In this document: one piece after another, positions 1 to 14,289 of the stretch | Layout of the letters: the number at the start of each line of letters is the position of its first letter | Numbering within the stretch: position 1 is the stretch's first letter | Origin: Hydrolagus affinis | Taxonomy: Eukaryota | Assembly: GCA_012026655.1 (NCBI GenBank) | Contig: JAAILG010000013.1 | Span: forward strand, 1 to 64,000 | DNA length: 64,000 nt | Direction of reading: 5' to 3' | Notes under the pieces: model-generated | Told to the model about the DNA's origin: nothing | Databases searched by the model: none | Seen by the model: the letters and a program-made list of their open reading frames with translations, nothing else | Position numbers and translations under genes: made by a program

Positions 1-184
1 TTTTAATTCAGTCAATTTGTGGCTTTCTTTTGAACACACACACACATTTCGTTTTTATTCTAATCAGCAGCTTCTAAGCATCACATGGTGTAGGGTTGTA
101 TTTAACTATTAATTCGTTAGCTTTTTTTTCTCTCTCTAACCTCCTTCTCTCTTTCTCTCTCTCTCTCTCTCTTATCTTGCACAG

Positions 185-341
185 ATCTTTAAAGGAACTT
201 TTTTTTAAAAGCAGCATTCATTTTATTTCACACACAGACAGAGTGAGAGAAAGAAACAGAGAGTAAAAGAGAGAGAGAGAGAGGAGGAAAAAAACATTGA
301 TCTGCAGAATATAGTCTGACTGAATGAAGGATTTTCAAAAT
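185..341 (+). other. Candidate upstream exon of znf217 (5' UTR, possibly with 6 coding codons MKDFQN at 324-341)
   Basis: Long CT polypyrimidine tract ending ttgcacAG (184), then donor AAT|GTAAGG at 341/342. ATG at 324 leaves the exon in phase 0, matching the phase-0 acceptor at 23465. No transcript evidence. Confidence 0.4.
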
Positions 342-3300
342 GTAAGGTTATTTCAGTCTCCTTTTTTTGAGGGGAGGGGGGTTGTTTGGATAAAAAACAT
401 TTAAATCATCCACTCTTCAGTCTTAGCAGGCGGTGACTTGCTGGCTAATGCCAAGACAGTATGGTTGGGGGGTTGTATTAGAAGAAAAGGCATCAGACAA
501 TGATATGACAATGGCTTGAATGCCTTCACGCCATGTTTAAACATGTGTTAAAAGTCGTTTTGTTTTTTGCACTCTACTGTAATTTCTTTATTCCCCCCCC
601 ACACACCCCCCCCCCCACCCCCACCCACTAAACTTTACTGACTTGCAAATGCTTCCTTTTTTGTTATTATATAAAAAAAGGCACTTCCTTGAAATTAGAG
701 CTTAAATGAATGCAACATCAAATATTTATACTGAAGGTAGTGAAACCCAGGCTCTCATATTCTTCCTTTTGTTGTTGTGTGTGTCAGTTGTTTTCTTTAA
801 TATAATATACAGTATATATAATATAAATATATCTTTAAATCCTCAAGCGAATGGAACAGATGATTGCTATTTCAGGATTCTGAGGCCCTGTTAAGACTTG
901 TTTTCATGAAGGTTTGAGGTCAAGTGGACAGTCTTAACTAATTTTACGCGACTTGTCAAGAGTACAAACACTATTGAGTTGTGAATTGCCTTGGCTGCTT
1001 TTAGCACAATGAGGAGGGACAAATGTGGTCATATTTTAACACATGGAAAACAGCACCCAGAACATTAACTTGTGGGACCACAAGTCAGCCTTGCACCTCG
1101 AACTGAAGGTGCAGAAATTCTAGGCTGGACTGATAATTACTTGCTAATTGACTGATTAAAATCATAGTAAATTAGATTGAAACCAGGGCTACAGAGAAGA
1201 AGAGGAGACAAACTGTGCAAGTGTTCACAGACTGGGAATATAGTACAGGGGGGGGTGGGGGGGGAAATAGGCTAGTAGTGGTTGTTCAAGGTTCTCTGAA
1301 TTGAGAGGCTATAAAATTGGTAGGTTTGAGGCAGCTGCAGTTTGATGTCTTTGTTTTAAAGCTTTTTGCATCTCTTTGCAACCTTGATTGGGACTTACAG
1401 TACTCGTAAGAAAAATATAACATGTGTTTTCTTTCAGGTATTGAAATTATTGCCCCCCCACCCACACTCCCCTACCCCCACCCCAATTGTTCTTGAAGTT
1501 GATTTGATGCACTTTTAAGTTTGACTTTCTTGATTTGTTTAATTGAAATGTTTGCTTTTTGGGAACAGTGATTTAGATTTCATTACTGGCCTCGCTTCAC
1601 TACACACATGCAGTACAGATGAAAGAACCTTTTGGAGCTATTTGATACTGCATGTTCAAATTTAGCACACAAGAATATATATATATGTATTCCTGTCTTG
1701 AGACAAAATGACAATGATATGGGAGGTCAGATTGAATTATTCGGTGCTAAAGTTAGCTAAATAAGTTCAGAATCTATTTCAGTGATAGTTTAGACCAGCC
1801 CCCCCCCAAAAAAAAAAACTGTTCAGTGGCTTCAAAAGAACCTTTTGGCTGCTTAATGCTTACACAAAGTTTTCCAATGCATGAAGTTCAGCAAGGCTTC
1901 AGATCTGCATCCTTTGTTGCATAGCAGTTGCTATTCAAGGCAACCTGGTCAATTAAAACCTCATTGAAAAGTAACCCTAGGAACTTAGTAGCCAGTGATC
2001 TTTAAGAGGATGCATATTAAAACCAAATGATTGAATCTGCGCAGATGTAAGCACCTTAAGTATAATTGAAGAGTGCAATAATGTAAATAGCAAATGTAGT
2101 AGGAAATGAGAGAGGGGCCAAATCTCTTTAATTTGGGATGCTCGGTCATGTGGAAAGAGAAATAGATGGAAACCTTTGTTGCTAAAATAGTACAGTATTT
2201 TCTGATTCCTTCTTCACTGAGTGTTTTGAATGTCCACTTTTCAACAAACAACAAGGAAATACCTATACCCGCATTTTCCTTGTGCATGTGTGACTGGTCT
2301 TTTTTTAAAAAATAAACTAGGTGGTGCTGTGCTGTGCATACATATGCGAATAAGATTTTAGTCAGCCAGCTTCAGCTTTTCACATTGTGGGTCATTCTCC
2401 ATTGCATTTAGTTGCTCAACGAATCACATGTTGTCTTCCTGTATTTATTTTCTCTCCCACTTTTGCACACAAACACCTCTCGAATAAATAGTTCTTCTTT
2501 AACCTTCTTCAACACGAGAGTCAAGGAAGTGTTGCATGTTTATCATGTGATGCTGAATTTGATATCCTCCACAGGGCAGAATAATAATCACCCCAGCACC
2601 ATTGTTGTGGAAAGTCCTGTTTAAAAGCTTGACTTGAGCCTGGCATGGTGGTGAGGAATGGAAATGTCAGCAGTGTTTGGCAGTATACAGAATGCAGTTT
2701 GTATTGCTGTTTGCTCTTTTGCTTCTTTTAAAGTTGTGGTTTGCCCTGTGCAATCCTAGGCATTATCTCTTGTGATAAGGTTAAAATTAAAATAATGCAC
2801 CCAGCAGGATGTTTCTCTGATCGCCTTGTAGGCAGTCTTCAAATGTTAAAAATAACTTTGTTTTTTCGTTACACACACCGAAAACTAGGTGACTATCCAC
2901 AATGTAAACAGAACACAACGTTACATGATTATTCTGAATCTCTCTTGGTTCAATGAGAATCAGTGTTTGAATATTTGAAATTGCCTGGGTTGTGAAAAAA
3001 ATACACTTCAATAATATAACCAGGGTATGTAAGTATGCTCTCTGTGGTGGTGGTGTTGTTGCTCTCAGCGGTGTATCTACACACGTTTAACCTTGGCTTC
3101 AGTACAGTACTGTATCAGCAGAAGTATGATTAATGCGTTTGTGAAGTCTTGTGGCAAATATTTTGGTTTGGAAACTGACGCTTGTCTTGGGAGGCTTCAG
3201 TTGTGTGTGGAATGAGGTGTGTATGGCTATTTGAAAGTACAGTGCTTCATTGACTAGGTGTTTACAGTTAATAAAGAAAATATTGTGCGCGCAAATCCCG

Positions 3301-6300
3301 GTTGAAGACTTGTGGGTGTAAAAGTGGATTACCTTCTGTCAGACAGACAGATCTTAGTTTTTGACCTGTGCTTTAAAAACAAACAGAAAAACACAAATGA
3401 GTGAAAACGCTAATTTGGGCCGGCTGGTTCTGTTCCTGAGTTGTATTATGAGAAGTAGTTTCTGAGCTTGTGACTGTTTTGTCAACCTTCCCTTCAGAGT
3501 TGATACACGACTCAGCCTCCTGTGTTGTGTGCCATTAACCTAAAGCCACATCTGTCCTTCACGTTAGGCCTGTTGGGCATGTCGGTTATGACCTTGGTGG
3601 CTTCATACTGCCATTGAAAGCTCAAGATATTGGTGAATGATAATAGGTGCCCTTCACTGCGTAGCAGTGATGATGTGGATATGCATTCACAGCCTGTAAC
3701 TGCGCAAGTGAAGTTTCCCATTCTTTTCACGAGATTTTGGCATTCTGAACATTGCAGTGGCTGGGGCTTTTGTAGGAAGCTAGTGCTTTGTCTCTGGAGT
3801 TTTCGTATTGTTTCGTATTGGATCACCTTGTACTTTGTGTTTCATTTCATTCGACTTTTAACAAATTCTATTTGAAGTGGTCCATTCAGGGCTTTTTAAG
3901 TTTCTAGTAACAGATAAATAAATGTTCGGACGTGTTGTTCACAATTTGGGCTATGGTGAAACTTTCGATTCATCATGTTGGCCATAAAAATATATTATAT
4001 ATAAAAAAACCTGATAGCACAGCAAAGATAATCTTCTGTGCTGGTTTAAACTGATTGCGGCCCAAACGGTAGTGTGATGGGTGGGAGAACGAGGACAACA
4101 GAGAAGAAAGTAAAAATCAGTTTATATGTTCAGTGATTGCATGCTGCATGCACTTAACAGAGGAGGATAGGATTGAGCTTGGCTATGTTTGCTTCCTTTT
4201 CTCTCCCTCTCCTTCTCCGCCACCCCCCCCTCCGCCCATCAATTGCCTGTAAATGTTCACATGGCGAGAATGGATGAGATATTGAAGGGCATATGTTGCT
4301 ATTGTGGGATCTTAACCCCCCCCTCCCCACCCCCTCTCCCTTCCCTCAGCATTTGTCTTTGCCATTGTTTTGGCAGAAGGAGGGATGTGGAAAGATACAG
4401 GAATATTCTGTGTGATAAACAATCTACCCACTTATGCCTTTTAGAAGCATGTTATTTTACAAACTGATAATAGGTTGTGCAAGAAAAGATGCCTCATTAA
4501 TTAATGCCCCAACCCCCAACTTTTTTTTAAACTAAGTGAAACATTTTCAATGAAACTTCAAATATTTTGCTACTTCAACTGCCCCCCCACCCTCTCCTGA
4601 AAGCTTCATATAATGGACATGCATAAATTTTTCAAGAGAAGAGTTTTCATACGGTATCCGTATCCGTGAGATTTTCGTGGAAAAACAAAACTCTTGCCTG
4701 TGCTAATGTAAATGCAGATGCAACAAAACCACTCCAGGGAATTGTCAAGGGGACTGAATAGTCTTTCCCATTGTAATCTGCAACAAAAAGTTGGATGGCC
4801 AAGCTAAAAAAAAAGGCTGCTGCGTTTCAGTTCACCTCTAGTGTGCATTCCTAGAAAACAGAACTGAATTAAATTGCTTCCAGTAAGACCTATTCCTAGA
4901 AACATGGAGATTTTTTTTAAAAAAACTACTACAATTGTAGTTGATTTCCAAAAGCCCAATTCCGAGTACAGATAGTGTGAAGGATTGGCTGTATCTTGAA
5001 TAAATAACACTCCCCAACAGTTGATCTCTTGCAGTGCAGTCAGCAGTGTTTTACTTCTCGATCACTACCCTATTTAGTGTTCCTGTTTCTGGTGTATACT
5101 GAAGGCACCTTTTAACTGAAATAATTTCTGTACGTCCATTGTACTCCCCAGCAACCATTGTTCCGCCTGTCACTTTGCGAAATGCTCCTTAAAGATGACC
5201 TGTGCAGATGGAATGATTTACACCACGTTTTGCATCTACCCCACACTGCATCATGTTATGTAAATTACGTTTAAATTGAATCCGTTAAACAATGGCAAAC
5301 TTGATGTATTGCTGTTATGAAGTTTTATTGCACTTGATTTGTCTTAATGGGTATGTCTAGTGCGCTTACTAATGCATAGTGTAAAATACAGTACTGTAGT
5401 TATAAAATCTATTTAGTGAGTATTTATAGGTTTGTTTAATGGGAAAGATCTCCCTTGGTAACTTATGTGGACTTAGCTTTGCAGTGTTTCCAGTTACTTT
5501 ACAACCAGTTTTTTTTACAGTAGAGTACTGGTATGCAAAAGGAAACTGAGCTGGGTTTGGTGCAGTTGTAGATTAAATGTTCTACTTTTTTTTGCATACA
5601 TTTCCTCAGTTTAAAGCCCCCCAGTCACCTTTTATGTAGATCTTTAAACTCAGCAGTGGAGCTTTGGATGTAACTACAGAGAGAGAAGTAAGTAGCAGAC
5701 CTTGATTTATCAAAAGGTATTCTCAAACAACATGGCAAAGCAATATGTATGGCAATATAAAAAGCTTTTGCTCTTCCCCCAGCCCACCCCTTCCTTCTTC
5801 CACCCCCGACCCCCACATCAGGGGGAAACTGTAACACGTTTAAAATGTTTAGACTTTACACCTCGGGTCACTTTGCACCACAGCTAAGGAAGCGTGACCT
5901 TGTGCCTTTAGTACACTTTACAACTTCCCCGTTACCTCTTAAGATGGCAACTTCCTCTCTTATCTCTGATCTTCTAATCCAATCATACATTCCATTGCAG
6001 ATTTTTCTTTGCTCCGCTGTAGCAGGTTATTGCCAACATTGCCTTTTCTATTACAAGTTCTGAAATTCTGCGATATTTAGCGATAATCATCAGGTATGCG
6101 AAACTCGAAACCCATTATCCTTTGCCCTATTGTCACCAGCCTTGATAAACTGATGGCGATTAAAGCCATAAATTCCAAGACTTTTTTCTGTTAATATACT
6201 TGGTTCGTTTCTTTCATTTATTGGGATTATGATTGAATCATATCGTCAGATTATTACGCTTTCGGAAGGTTGGCATCTTCACGTGGGTCACGCCTTGTTG

Positions 6301-7769
6301 GATAAAGTTAAATGGTTTAGCATTTATTTCTACAGTGCATCTCAGCTGAAAAGATCAAACGCTATTTTTAAAGCTAGACTCAAAAGATTTCAGCTTCTCG
6401 TGATCTGTTTTATTTTAAAATGAATAGTTCCTTCTAACTTTTGCCTGATTATAGCGTCCTTTTTATTTAAACGTGCTACGGTACAGTACCTGCGTGACCT
6501 GTACAGCAGCTATAATTGAAGTCACAATTAAGGTGGATGATATTTCAATGACTTTATTTGCAGCGAGCTGGCCAGCTGTATTTTCATACTTTTTAAACTG
6601 GTAGGTCATTAAGAGTGGGGATGACTGACAAAGACTTGTCTATGTGTATATGAATGGAGACTTGTGAGATAGAGAATAGATGACTGTACTGTACATGTGT
6701 GTCGTATGTGTCTGAAATGTAGTTCAGCTGGTTTGATTATTAATATCGCTGAACTGGTGGATCTGTGTTTGCATAGTTCTTGCACAAATGAATACTGTAG
6801 GTGCTGTGTTCACTGATTTTTTTTTAAAAATCGTTGTTTCACTTAACATGCTGCACTCGTTATCCGCTTTCATTGAGTGTCTGCACTGTGGACTCTAGAC
6901 TGCAAGGAGCACACCTACAGAAATGGCTGGTGCTTTTCTTTTACCTCACAAAGTAGTGAAATCGACAGGAAGTGTCTTTGCAATGCAGAAAAAAAAGTAT
7001 TAGAAACCAGTGGATCCTCTGTTGCATTCTCTTTATGTAAGCTCTCTCGTAAGCAGTGTAAGCAGTGAAGTTGCTTTGATTGTTCTGCCGAACTGCAATA
7101 TTCATTTTGGGGTCTTTTTAAGTTAGTCTCAAAGATTGGTGATTCAGACGTCTGGTGGGTGATGTTCTGTGTATTGGTGGAGAAGACCACACTGTGATGA
7201 TGCGCCTCTGAGTGGCAAGCGGTGCAAGCGCACCGCTTGCCACTGTTTGGAAGTAAAAGGCTTGTTGCACCTTTACATGCCCATTGATTGCAGTCATAAC
7301 AGCTGGAGCTGACACAGCGTGAATGAACTTCAGTCAGTTTACTTGTTGCTATGAGTACAGCTTCCACCAGGCTGGTGGGTTCGAGCTGCTAACAAGGCTT
7401 TTGAGTTTGACTGTAAGCCAGGTGAAGTTTCTTCTGGAACTGTGGTACTACTGTGGTCCAGTGAACATATAGACTAACCCACTGGACAAGTAAGTGTGGC
7501 TCGAGTTGGTACAATTCTAGTGTATCGCACCTTTCACATTGGGAGGACGTTTCATCATGGTTTAAAATGATGCTCCTTTGTGAAAAGTAATTAGCTGTTC
7601 TGTGGATAAGTTTTTTTTCATACATTTTTGTGTGTTTTGCTGAAATTTAGTGAGCTGTCCCTCTCCTCTGGTTTGCTTTAAAACTGCAGTGACCCCTGGT
7701 GGAAGAGCGTCTCTGTGGACAGGATCGGTCATGGTTTTGATGCCATTCATTGTGGTCAACTAGATTATA

Positions 7770-7962
7770 ATAAAATAACGATGATAATAATAATAATCCT
7801 TGCGTTTGGTATCGCGCCTTTGAGACACCCAACAACAAAATTACATTTGTGGAGTGCCTCTCACGTCTGGAAAACGTACCAAGGCGTTGAACAGTTGAGT
7901 GGGGTTCCGTAGGAGGTCGGCTGAACATACTATGAAATGAATTGACTGTATATTTTGTGGGC
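7770..7962 (-). mobile_element. SINE family A 3' fragment interrupted by an L2 tail
   Basis: ATAATAATCCTTGCGTTTGG.., then CAACAACAAAATTACATTTG..CCAAGGCGTTG, then AATGAATTGACTGTATATTTTGTGGG. Confidence 0.75.
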
Positions 7963-9425
7963 AAAGAATACAGCAGAATACACTCGTTGAGCACCTTTCA
8001 TGTAGGATAATGTCTCAAAGTGCTTTGGCTTGGATTATGGATTACGAATGGAAAGAGGAAGTACAGGATGTTGACTGAGGGCAGTGTCAGAGCAAGAAGC
8101 TTTTTTAAAGAGGATACTTACTGAAGGTGATGTAGAGAGGGTGTCGGTCAAAGGCAATTTGGGAAAAAGTGCCAAAGAGCAAAAGTACAGTATGTACTCT
8201 CAATGAAAGCCAAATAAATATATTGAAACACGCCTTAGGAAGAAATCAACACACATTTTAGCTAAAGAGGAAGTAGAATCAGAAATTTCCATGAGATTGC
8301 ATTAGTGTTCTGAATTCTCCGGATAACAGGAGTCATTGTACTGTATCATTAAATTGTTGTTGAAAACTGTGTCTTGCCGTATATGGTAAGGTGCTCAATA
8401 TCAGGAAGGAGTGGTTTCAGGCAAAGCTAAGCTTTCAGTTGAGAGCAATATCTCCCTTACGTTTTTGGCAGCTAAATTTAGACTCCATTTGGTCTCCAAA
8501 TTCTATAAACTGTATTGAAGTGAAAATGTGCAGTTCAGCTAATCTGCACACTGAGCTGTGATCCTGTTTACTTGCGAAACGGGGGTGGGTGGTGGGGGTG
8601 GTGGTGGGGGGTGGGTTGTGGAGGAAATGAAAGGAAATCAAGCAAATGGGAATCTGAAAAAACGAATCAGAAACTGCTGGAAATTCACAGCATCCGAAAG
8701 AGAAAGAGATGGGTCGATCACACCGAAAAACCTTAGCCAGCTTTTCTTTCAGATTATGAAATGGCCAAGGATTCTGAGCACGATGTTACAATCTTCCTGT
8801 TTTTTGTGGTGGGGGCGGGGGGGAAAGTGGAGTGCCATTCATTGTACGGATTGAGACTCCCTTCACTATCTTCCCGGTCACCAATCTGCCCTCTAGCGAA
8901 TTCCTCCTCCCATTGAGCATTCACAGTATTGGATGATATTTCTGTGTGTATGTGCATGTATGTGCATGTGTATAATATATCAACAGCTTATAAAGGTGTT
9001 AGTGTCTTGCTAATAGAAGGAGGTTGTCCTATTTTTACTTCCTGTTTCAGTGTCCTTGGCATCTTGATTCCATTAGAGTGTTGTAATGTAATCAGTGTAG
9101 TGATTCATATGCAGATCGTGGTTATAATGTGCTATTCGACAGAACTAGTTTAGGGTGTCATTGCCAGTACACAGTACTGTTGTGAGGGTGTGACAGAGCA
9201 TGTCTAACCAGTATTGTGCCTTTTTATTTTAAAAGGTATCTCTTACCTATTCAGGACACATTGTGGTGGATACACAGCTCTGAAACAGTTTCGCCATCCC
9301 GAAACACTGATGGACACTGACTATTAGAGCCAGGATTTACAATCGGTGAGTCTGGATTACAAGGTTTATATCTCTAGTGCAGAAATTTTCACTCACTCAT
9401 TTCTTTGTCTTATGGGGTTTACTTC

Positions 9426-9484
9426 CAGCGCCTTGGGACGTCCTCCTGACGTGAATAGCGCTACACAAATGTAATTTGTAGTTG
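9426..9484 (+). mobile_element. 59-bp L2-tail insertion with 7-bp TSD
   Basis: TTACTTC (9419-9425) | CAGCGCCTTGGGACGTCCTCCTGACGTGAATAGCGCT..GTTG | TTACTTC (9485-9491). Confidence 0.85.
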
Positions 9485-10721
9485 TTACTTCAGTCCCATC
9501 TTAATCTGTGTTCATGTCTTGAGTCAGATTCTCAGGAAATAAAAGCAATTCCCTTTACTCTTTGAATTATACCCACTGTTTCCCCCCCCCCCTCTCTCTC
9601 TCTGTAAAATAATTCAGCAGATTATAAACTCGCCTGGTAGAGGAAGTTTCACGCGTGAATAATTGTCTCTCAACTTCCTAGTTCAGGGTCCAACGCTCCA
9701 GAGATTTGCCGTTGATGCAAATGAAGGTAGTCTCTAGAGTACTGATGTTTCTTGAAAACCATTTTAGAGCGCTTCCCAGGTGTTAGCATATTCCATCTTG
9801 TAATAGTAATTAAAAAAAACAACTATGCATTTGAAGTCTTTAACAGTGTTCTGTTCCCCTTGAATTTAGATCTACCTTCTGGCAGTTTACAAGTAATGAC
9901 AGCTATGGGAATCCTGGATGATATCTTTTAATCTCCCTGATCTAGAGCGCAACCGGGGACATTTTTTAATAAAATATTGAACTCGCCACTATTGTTGATG
10001 CTGGGAATCCTCCAGAAGCTTGTTGTATTTAATAGTGTATTTCTCTGTTGTGTGTATCTATTTTAGAATTTTAGTGTTTTTGCTCAGTTTTATCGCTAGA
10101 CTCAAAGACGAGGGAAATTTAGCCCAGGATATCTTATCCACGGAAATTGGGGACTTATGGTCGGACTACCTTAGTGCCACTTTGTCACAGCTTAGATAGC
10201 GAAGCACAGACTGGGATTTCCTGATCTTCAAGCCTCAGCTTTGCACTAGAAAAATCTGTGGTGCCATCTCGGGAAGCTTGTGCATCCTCTCTTTAGTGTG
10301 TCAAAATGCTGGGGAGTTCCTGAACACTCAAGCACAGTTACTCTGGCATTTCCCCTAATCAGTGGCCACGATGGGGCTTTTCTTTCTGAACAATTCTGTT
10401 TTATTTCCCCCCCCACCTCATCTTGCTCCTAATTGTTCAATGCAATCACTAGGAAGATGCAAACGTCTCCGAAACATGAATTCAAATAAGACAGAATCTG
10501 CAAAGCATTCCAAGATACCAGTTTTTTTTTCCCCGATAAGAATCACGATTGCACTTGGAAATCTTTGAGCCCAATCAGTTCACCGTATTGTATTTATCAT
10601 TCAAGGTTTGCCCAGAATGTCAACTCGTGACCACTTTTGCGCTCGACATACAGGGAGCTCAGGTTGCGTTCCGTTTGTCTCCCTGTTTTTATTGGAGTTG
10701 TGGCCAGGAACTTGCTTCGTT

Positions 10722-10787
10722 CCAGCGCCTAGGGACGTCCTCCTGACATGAAAGGCACTATACAAGTGCAAATGTGTTGTTGTTGTT
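10722..10787 (+). mobile_element. Short L2-tail insertion
   Basis: CCAGCGCCTAGGGACGTCCTCCTGACATGAAAGGCACT..(TTG)n; same family as 9426. Confidence 0.8.
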
Positions 10788-11714
10788 TCTTCAGTTTGAT
10801 ATAAGGTGACCTGTTTTCTATCCAGCCTCGGCGTCTGTAAGTCTCTAATCTGTGCCCATTGCTTTTTTGCGTTGCAAAGTTTAAATTAAAGTAACAGTAA
10901 ATTGAAGGTGGACTCATTTCCTGACATTGTAAGTTGTAATTTTCTTCCATTGTCTCATCTCTCTTTCCTGTTGGTAACTAATTTATGAGCTACTCATTTG
11001 TAAAGGCATTTTTTTTAAAACAAAAGTTGGTGGAAGAACTGTCCAGTGAACGAATCCATTAAAACTGTAGAAACAAGAAGATGTTAGATCTGATTCCTAG
11101 TCTCTGCTGATTTAGCTGATCTCTGTATAAAGGTGTGGATGGTAGGGGGGAGGGTAAAATTGGCTTTGGGGCTTCGGCTGTAAAAAAAAACATTGATCCA
11201 GGTTCCTGTTCTATATTGCTGCTAGGTCAGCGAGGCTCTAAAGTCTGGAGAGAGTGGCACTTTGATCCCCCACCCCACAAAATATGCAGTGAATTACAGT
11301 ATCGTCTGTGAAGGGCTTTCAAATGTCTCAACGATGTTATTATAATAATAATAAGAATCCCTGCATTTGATTTGGTGCCTTATTCACGTCTTCGAGACAA
11401 AATGGACAGTGTTTATTTGGCCATGAAATACCCTGATTGGAGACCCATCAAATATTGAATGAATGAATAATAAATGGGATGGGAGGGGAGGTGGCAGGCG
11501 GGTGGGGTTCAGGGAGGCTTAACTTGTGACGCTTGTAGCAGAACTCGTGTTCAGACGGCAAACATTGCATTGTACAGGCCAAAAAGGATTGGGGGCGCGA
11601 GGGGTGGTCTTCTCTACTGGTCATTAAATCGTCCGACCTTGGCAGTCCATGTTTCTAGTGGGTAGGGGAGGGACGTCACCAGGCCCTTAGATTTAGTGAC
11701 CAGTTGCAAATGTA

Positions 11715-11870
11715 CAAATAAATACTGTAAATACATATATTTATAAATAATATATTTATATTTATATATAGTTATATATATTTATTAATATACAAATTAT
11801 TGTATACATATAATATATATATTTATATATTGTACATATATTTATAAATAAATACAAATAAATACTGACA
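11715..11870. repeat. AT-rich low-complexity tract
   Basis: Degenerate (TA)n/(TAAA)n, almost devoid of G/C. Confidence 0.9.
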
Positions 11871-12354
11871 AATAAAAGGGGTGAGTGATATAAACAAAAG
11901 GGTGGTGACTACCAGGCATTATATGCAATCCAGAATGAAATAATGGTAAATCGTTAAGGTTCAGAAAGCACAAGGAAGTGTAAAGAGAAATGAGGAAGGA
12001 ATGCAAGATAGAGAACAACTGAAATTGAAGAGTACTCTGAACTTTGTTGTTGCACAATCTTTTATGAATAGAAAATAAGACACTTAACCTCGATGCAGGA
12101 ATTTATGTATCCACCTACCTTTTGCTTTGTAGGAGTGTTTCTCCCCCCGCCCTGCATTTGCCAAAAAACAAAAATGGTACAATAGTTCGCAATGGACATT
12201 TGTAGAACACTTTTATAATATTTCTGTCCAGAATAGGTCAGCAGTTTTAAGTCATTCTGATGTAATAAATTGAGAGTCAGCTCGCTTCCCATTTGTGTCT
12301 TGATTTGGAAATTAACTTGTGCCTGTTCTCATTACCGTTGAAATGCGAATTGAC

Positions 12355-12563
12355 AGTATTTGTGGGACGCTGCTGTGCGTAATTGGCTGATGTGTTTTGC
12401 CCACAAAATACAGTCAATTTACTATACGGTCTATTCTGTGAAGCAATTTGAGGCGTATCGAAGATGCGATGAGACGCCATATCAGATACAAAGATTATTA
12501 TTACAACACCAAAATTACATTTGTGTAGTGCCTTTCACGTCAGGAGGACGTCCCAAGGCGCTG
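12355..12563. mobile_element. SINE family A 3' half (+) tail-to-tail with an L2 tail (-)
   Basis: ..CAGTCAATTTACTATACGG..ATTATTATTA followed directly by CAACACCAAAATTACATTTGTGTAGTGCCTTTCACGTCAGGAGGACGTCCCAAGGCGCTG. Confidence 0.8.
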
Positions 12564-14289
12564 ATATTGTTATGTAGTTTTCTACACAGTCGATTTGCTT
12601 AACAATAATTCAACTACCTGGTGAATGGTGTGCTGGGCGTGGTATAATTTTGTTTAAAAACAGCATTCTCCTTTTGAGTCATAGCAGTGCTCAACTCTTC
12701 CAGTTTCCTTCTCTGTTCTCTTCCCTTCCCCCCCCCCCACACATGCACAATTTCCTGGAATCTTCTATTGCTGTATATGTGAAATTATTGTCCATTTGGA
12801 TTCCTCTACCACTCTGTTTGTTGAGACGAACACTGCATGTTGACTTCATTTTATGTAATCGTTTCCAATGATGCTAGATAAAGGAGCGACATTGTTTGCA
12901 TGCTGTTCTGTCCATAGTTCATTTGGCAAGAGGTGTTCTAACTTGTTGTGTAGGCAGGTGCAGCAAAACTCATGAGTCCTTTGCCAGAGGCCTTAATGCA
13001 GATAAAGGCTGGTAATAAAACACAGTTGATCTCTGGTGGGTGAAAACCTTTATACCTCAAATAGAAAGAAGTACATCTTTACATTCCTTGCGGTGTTCAG
13101 GGTTGTAACCTTTTGTGACCTTTACTGTTTTCTTCACAGTAGATATAAGTTTCTATAAGCAAATAATTCACATGAATACGGATGCTCAAGCCAACGTGAA
13201 AGGCCTGTGTGAATTGTATTATTATTGTAGTAATAGTTAAAATACAGAGGGCTACTGACATAGTAAAATGCCCAGCACTAGCACATGCATTTTAAAAATT
13301 GAATGGTTGACTTGTTTTCAGCTGAAACAAATTAAATCAGATGGAATTCTGTTTCTGAAAACGTTCAGATATGGCTGCATTCGTTGATGGACTAATGCAT
13401 GTTATTATAGAAATTGAATATTTGTCGTGCTGACTGAACCTTCATGGCGAAATGTTAGTTGTTTAATGTGTTGTTTTAGATGGTAGTCAGTAGTTTATGC
13501 AGGATTGTTGCTCGAAATGATATCCTCCTGAAAGACCAAGGCGTGGTGTGTTTCTCTTTGTATAATTCGATATGCGCTTTAGGCAACTGCTTTGAATGAT
13601 TACAAGCCCAAGTTATGAGTGATATTTTAAGGGCTTGGCACAAGTAGCCCAGTTTGTGTTTGTTCAAAGTATTTGATGACTCTTAACTGTGCAATCGTGG
13701 AAACAAAAATGATTTTGTGTTTGGCACTGTGAAATCCCCTCGGACTTAACCATTGTTTTCTGTTCCCTCCTGACTTAGCCATTGCTTGCTTGCCTACCAT
13801 GGGTCAATTTTTTGGCTCCAGTCTGATGCCATTCATATTTGATGGCTCGTCAAGCAGACAAAATCCAGGGTTGTAGCAGGAAATAGCGTGTTTTTTTTCC
13901 TCGGAGGAAATCAACACCTGTGTCTGTTTTGACGTTTTATCCTAGGGTTTGATTGATGTAACATGCTTAGTCGGTGATTCAATTCTTCTAAGTTTCATTA
14001 CTTTATTCAAATGAAGCAATAACAACAAATTGGGGAAATATTCCCTTTGTGCAGCAATTCTGACTTTGGGTTCCTTGGCATTTGTACTGCTGTGATAGTG
14101 CGCATAGAGATATAAATAAGACTTAAACAAATCTAGATTAAGCAACTAATCCACATGTCTTGTGATGGTGATGGCTTAGTTGGCCTGTGTGAAAATAAGA
14201 TAACAGAGCCGGTTTCCTGGTCCGAGTTAAGATAGTTTTTAGGCGCTCTTTAACATGCGCTACAGCGGGTTCAATATGTGTTCCTACTG

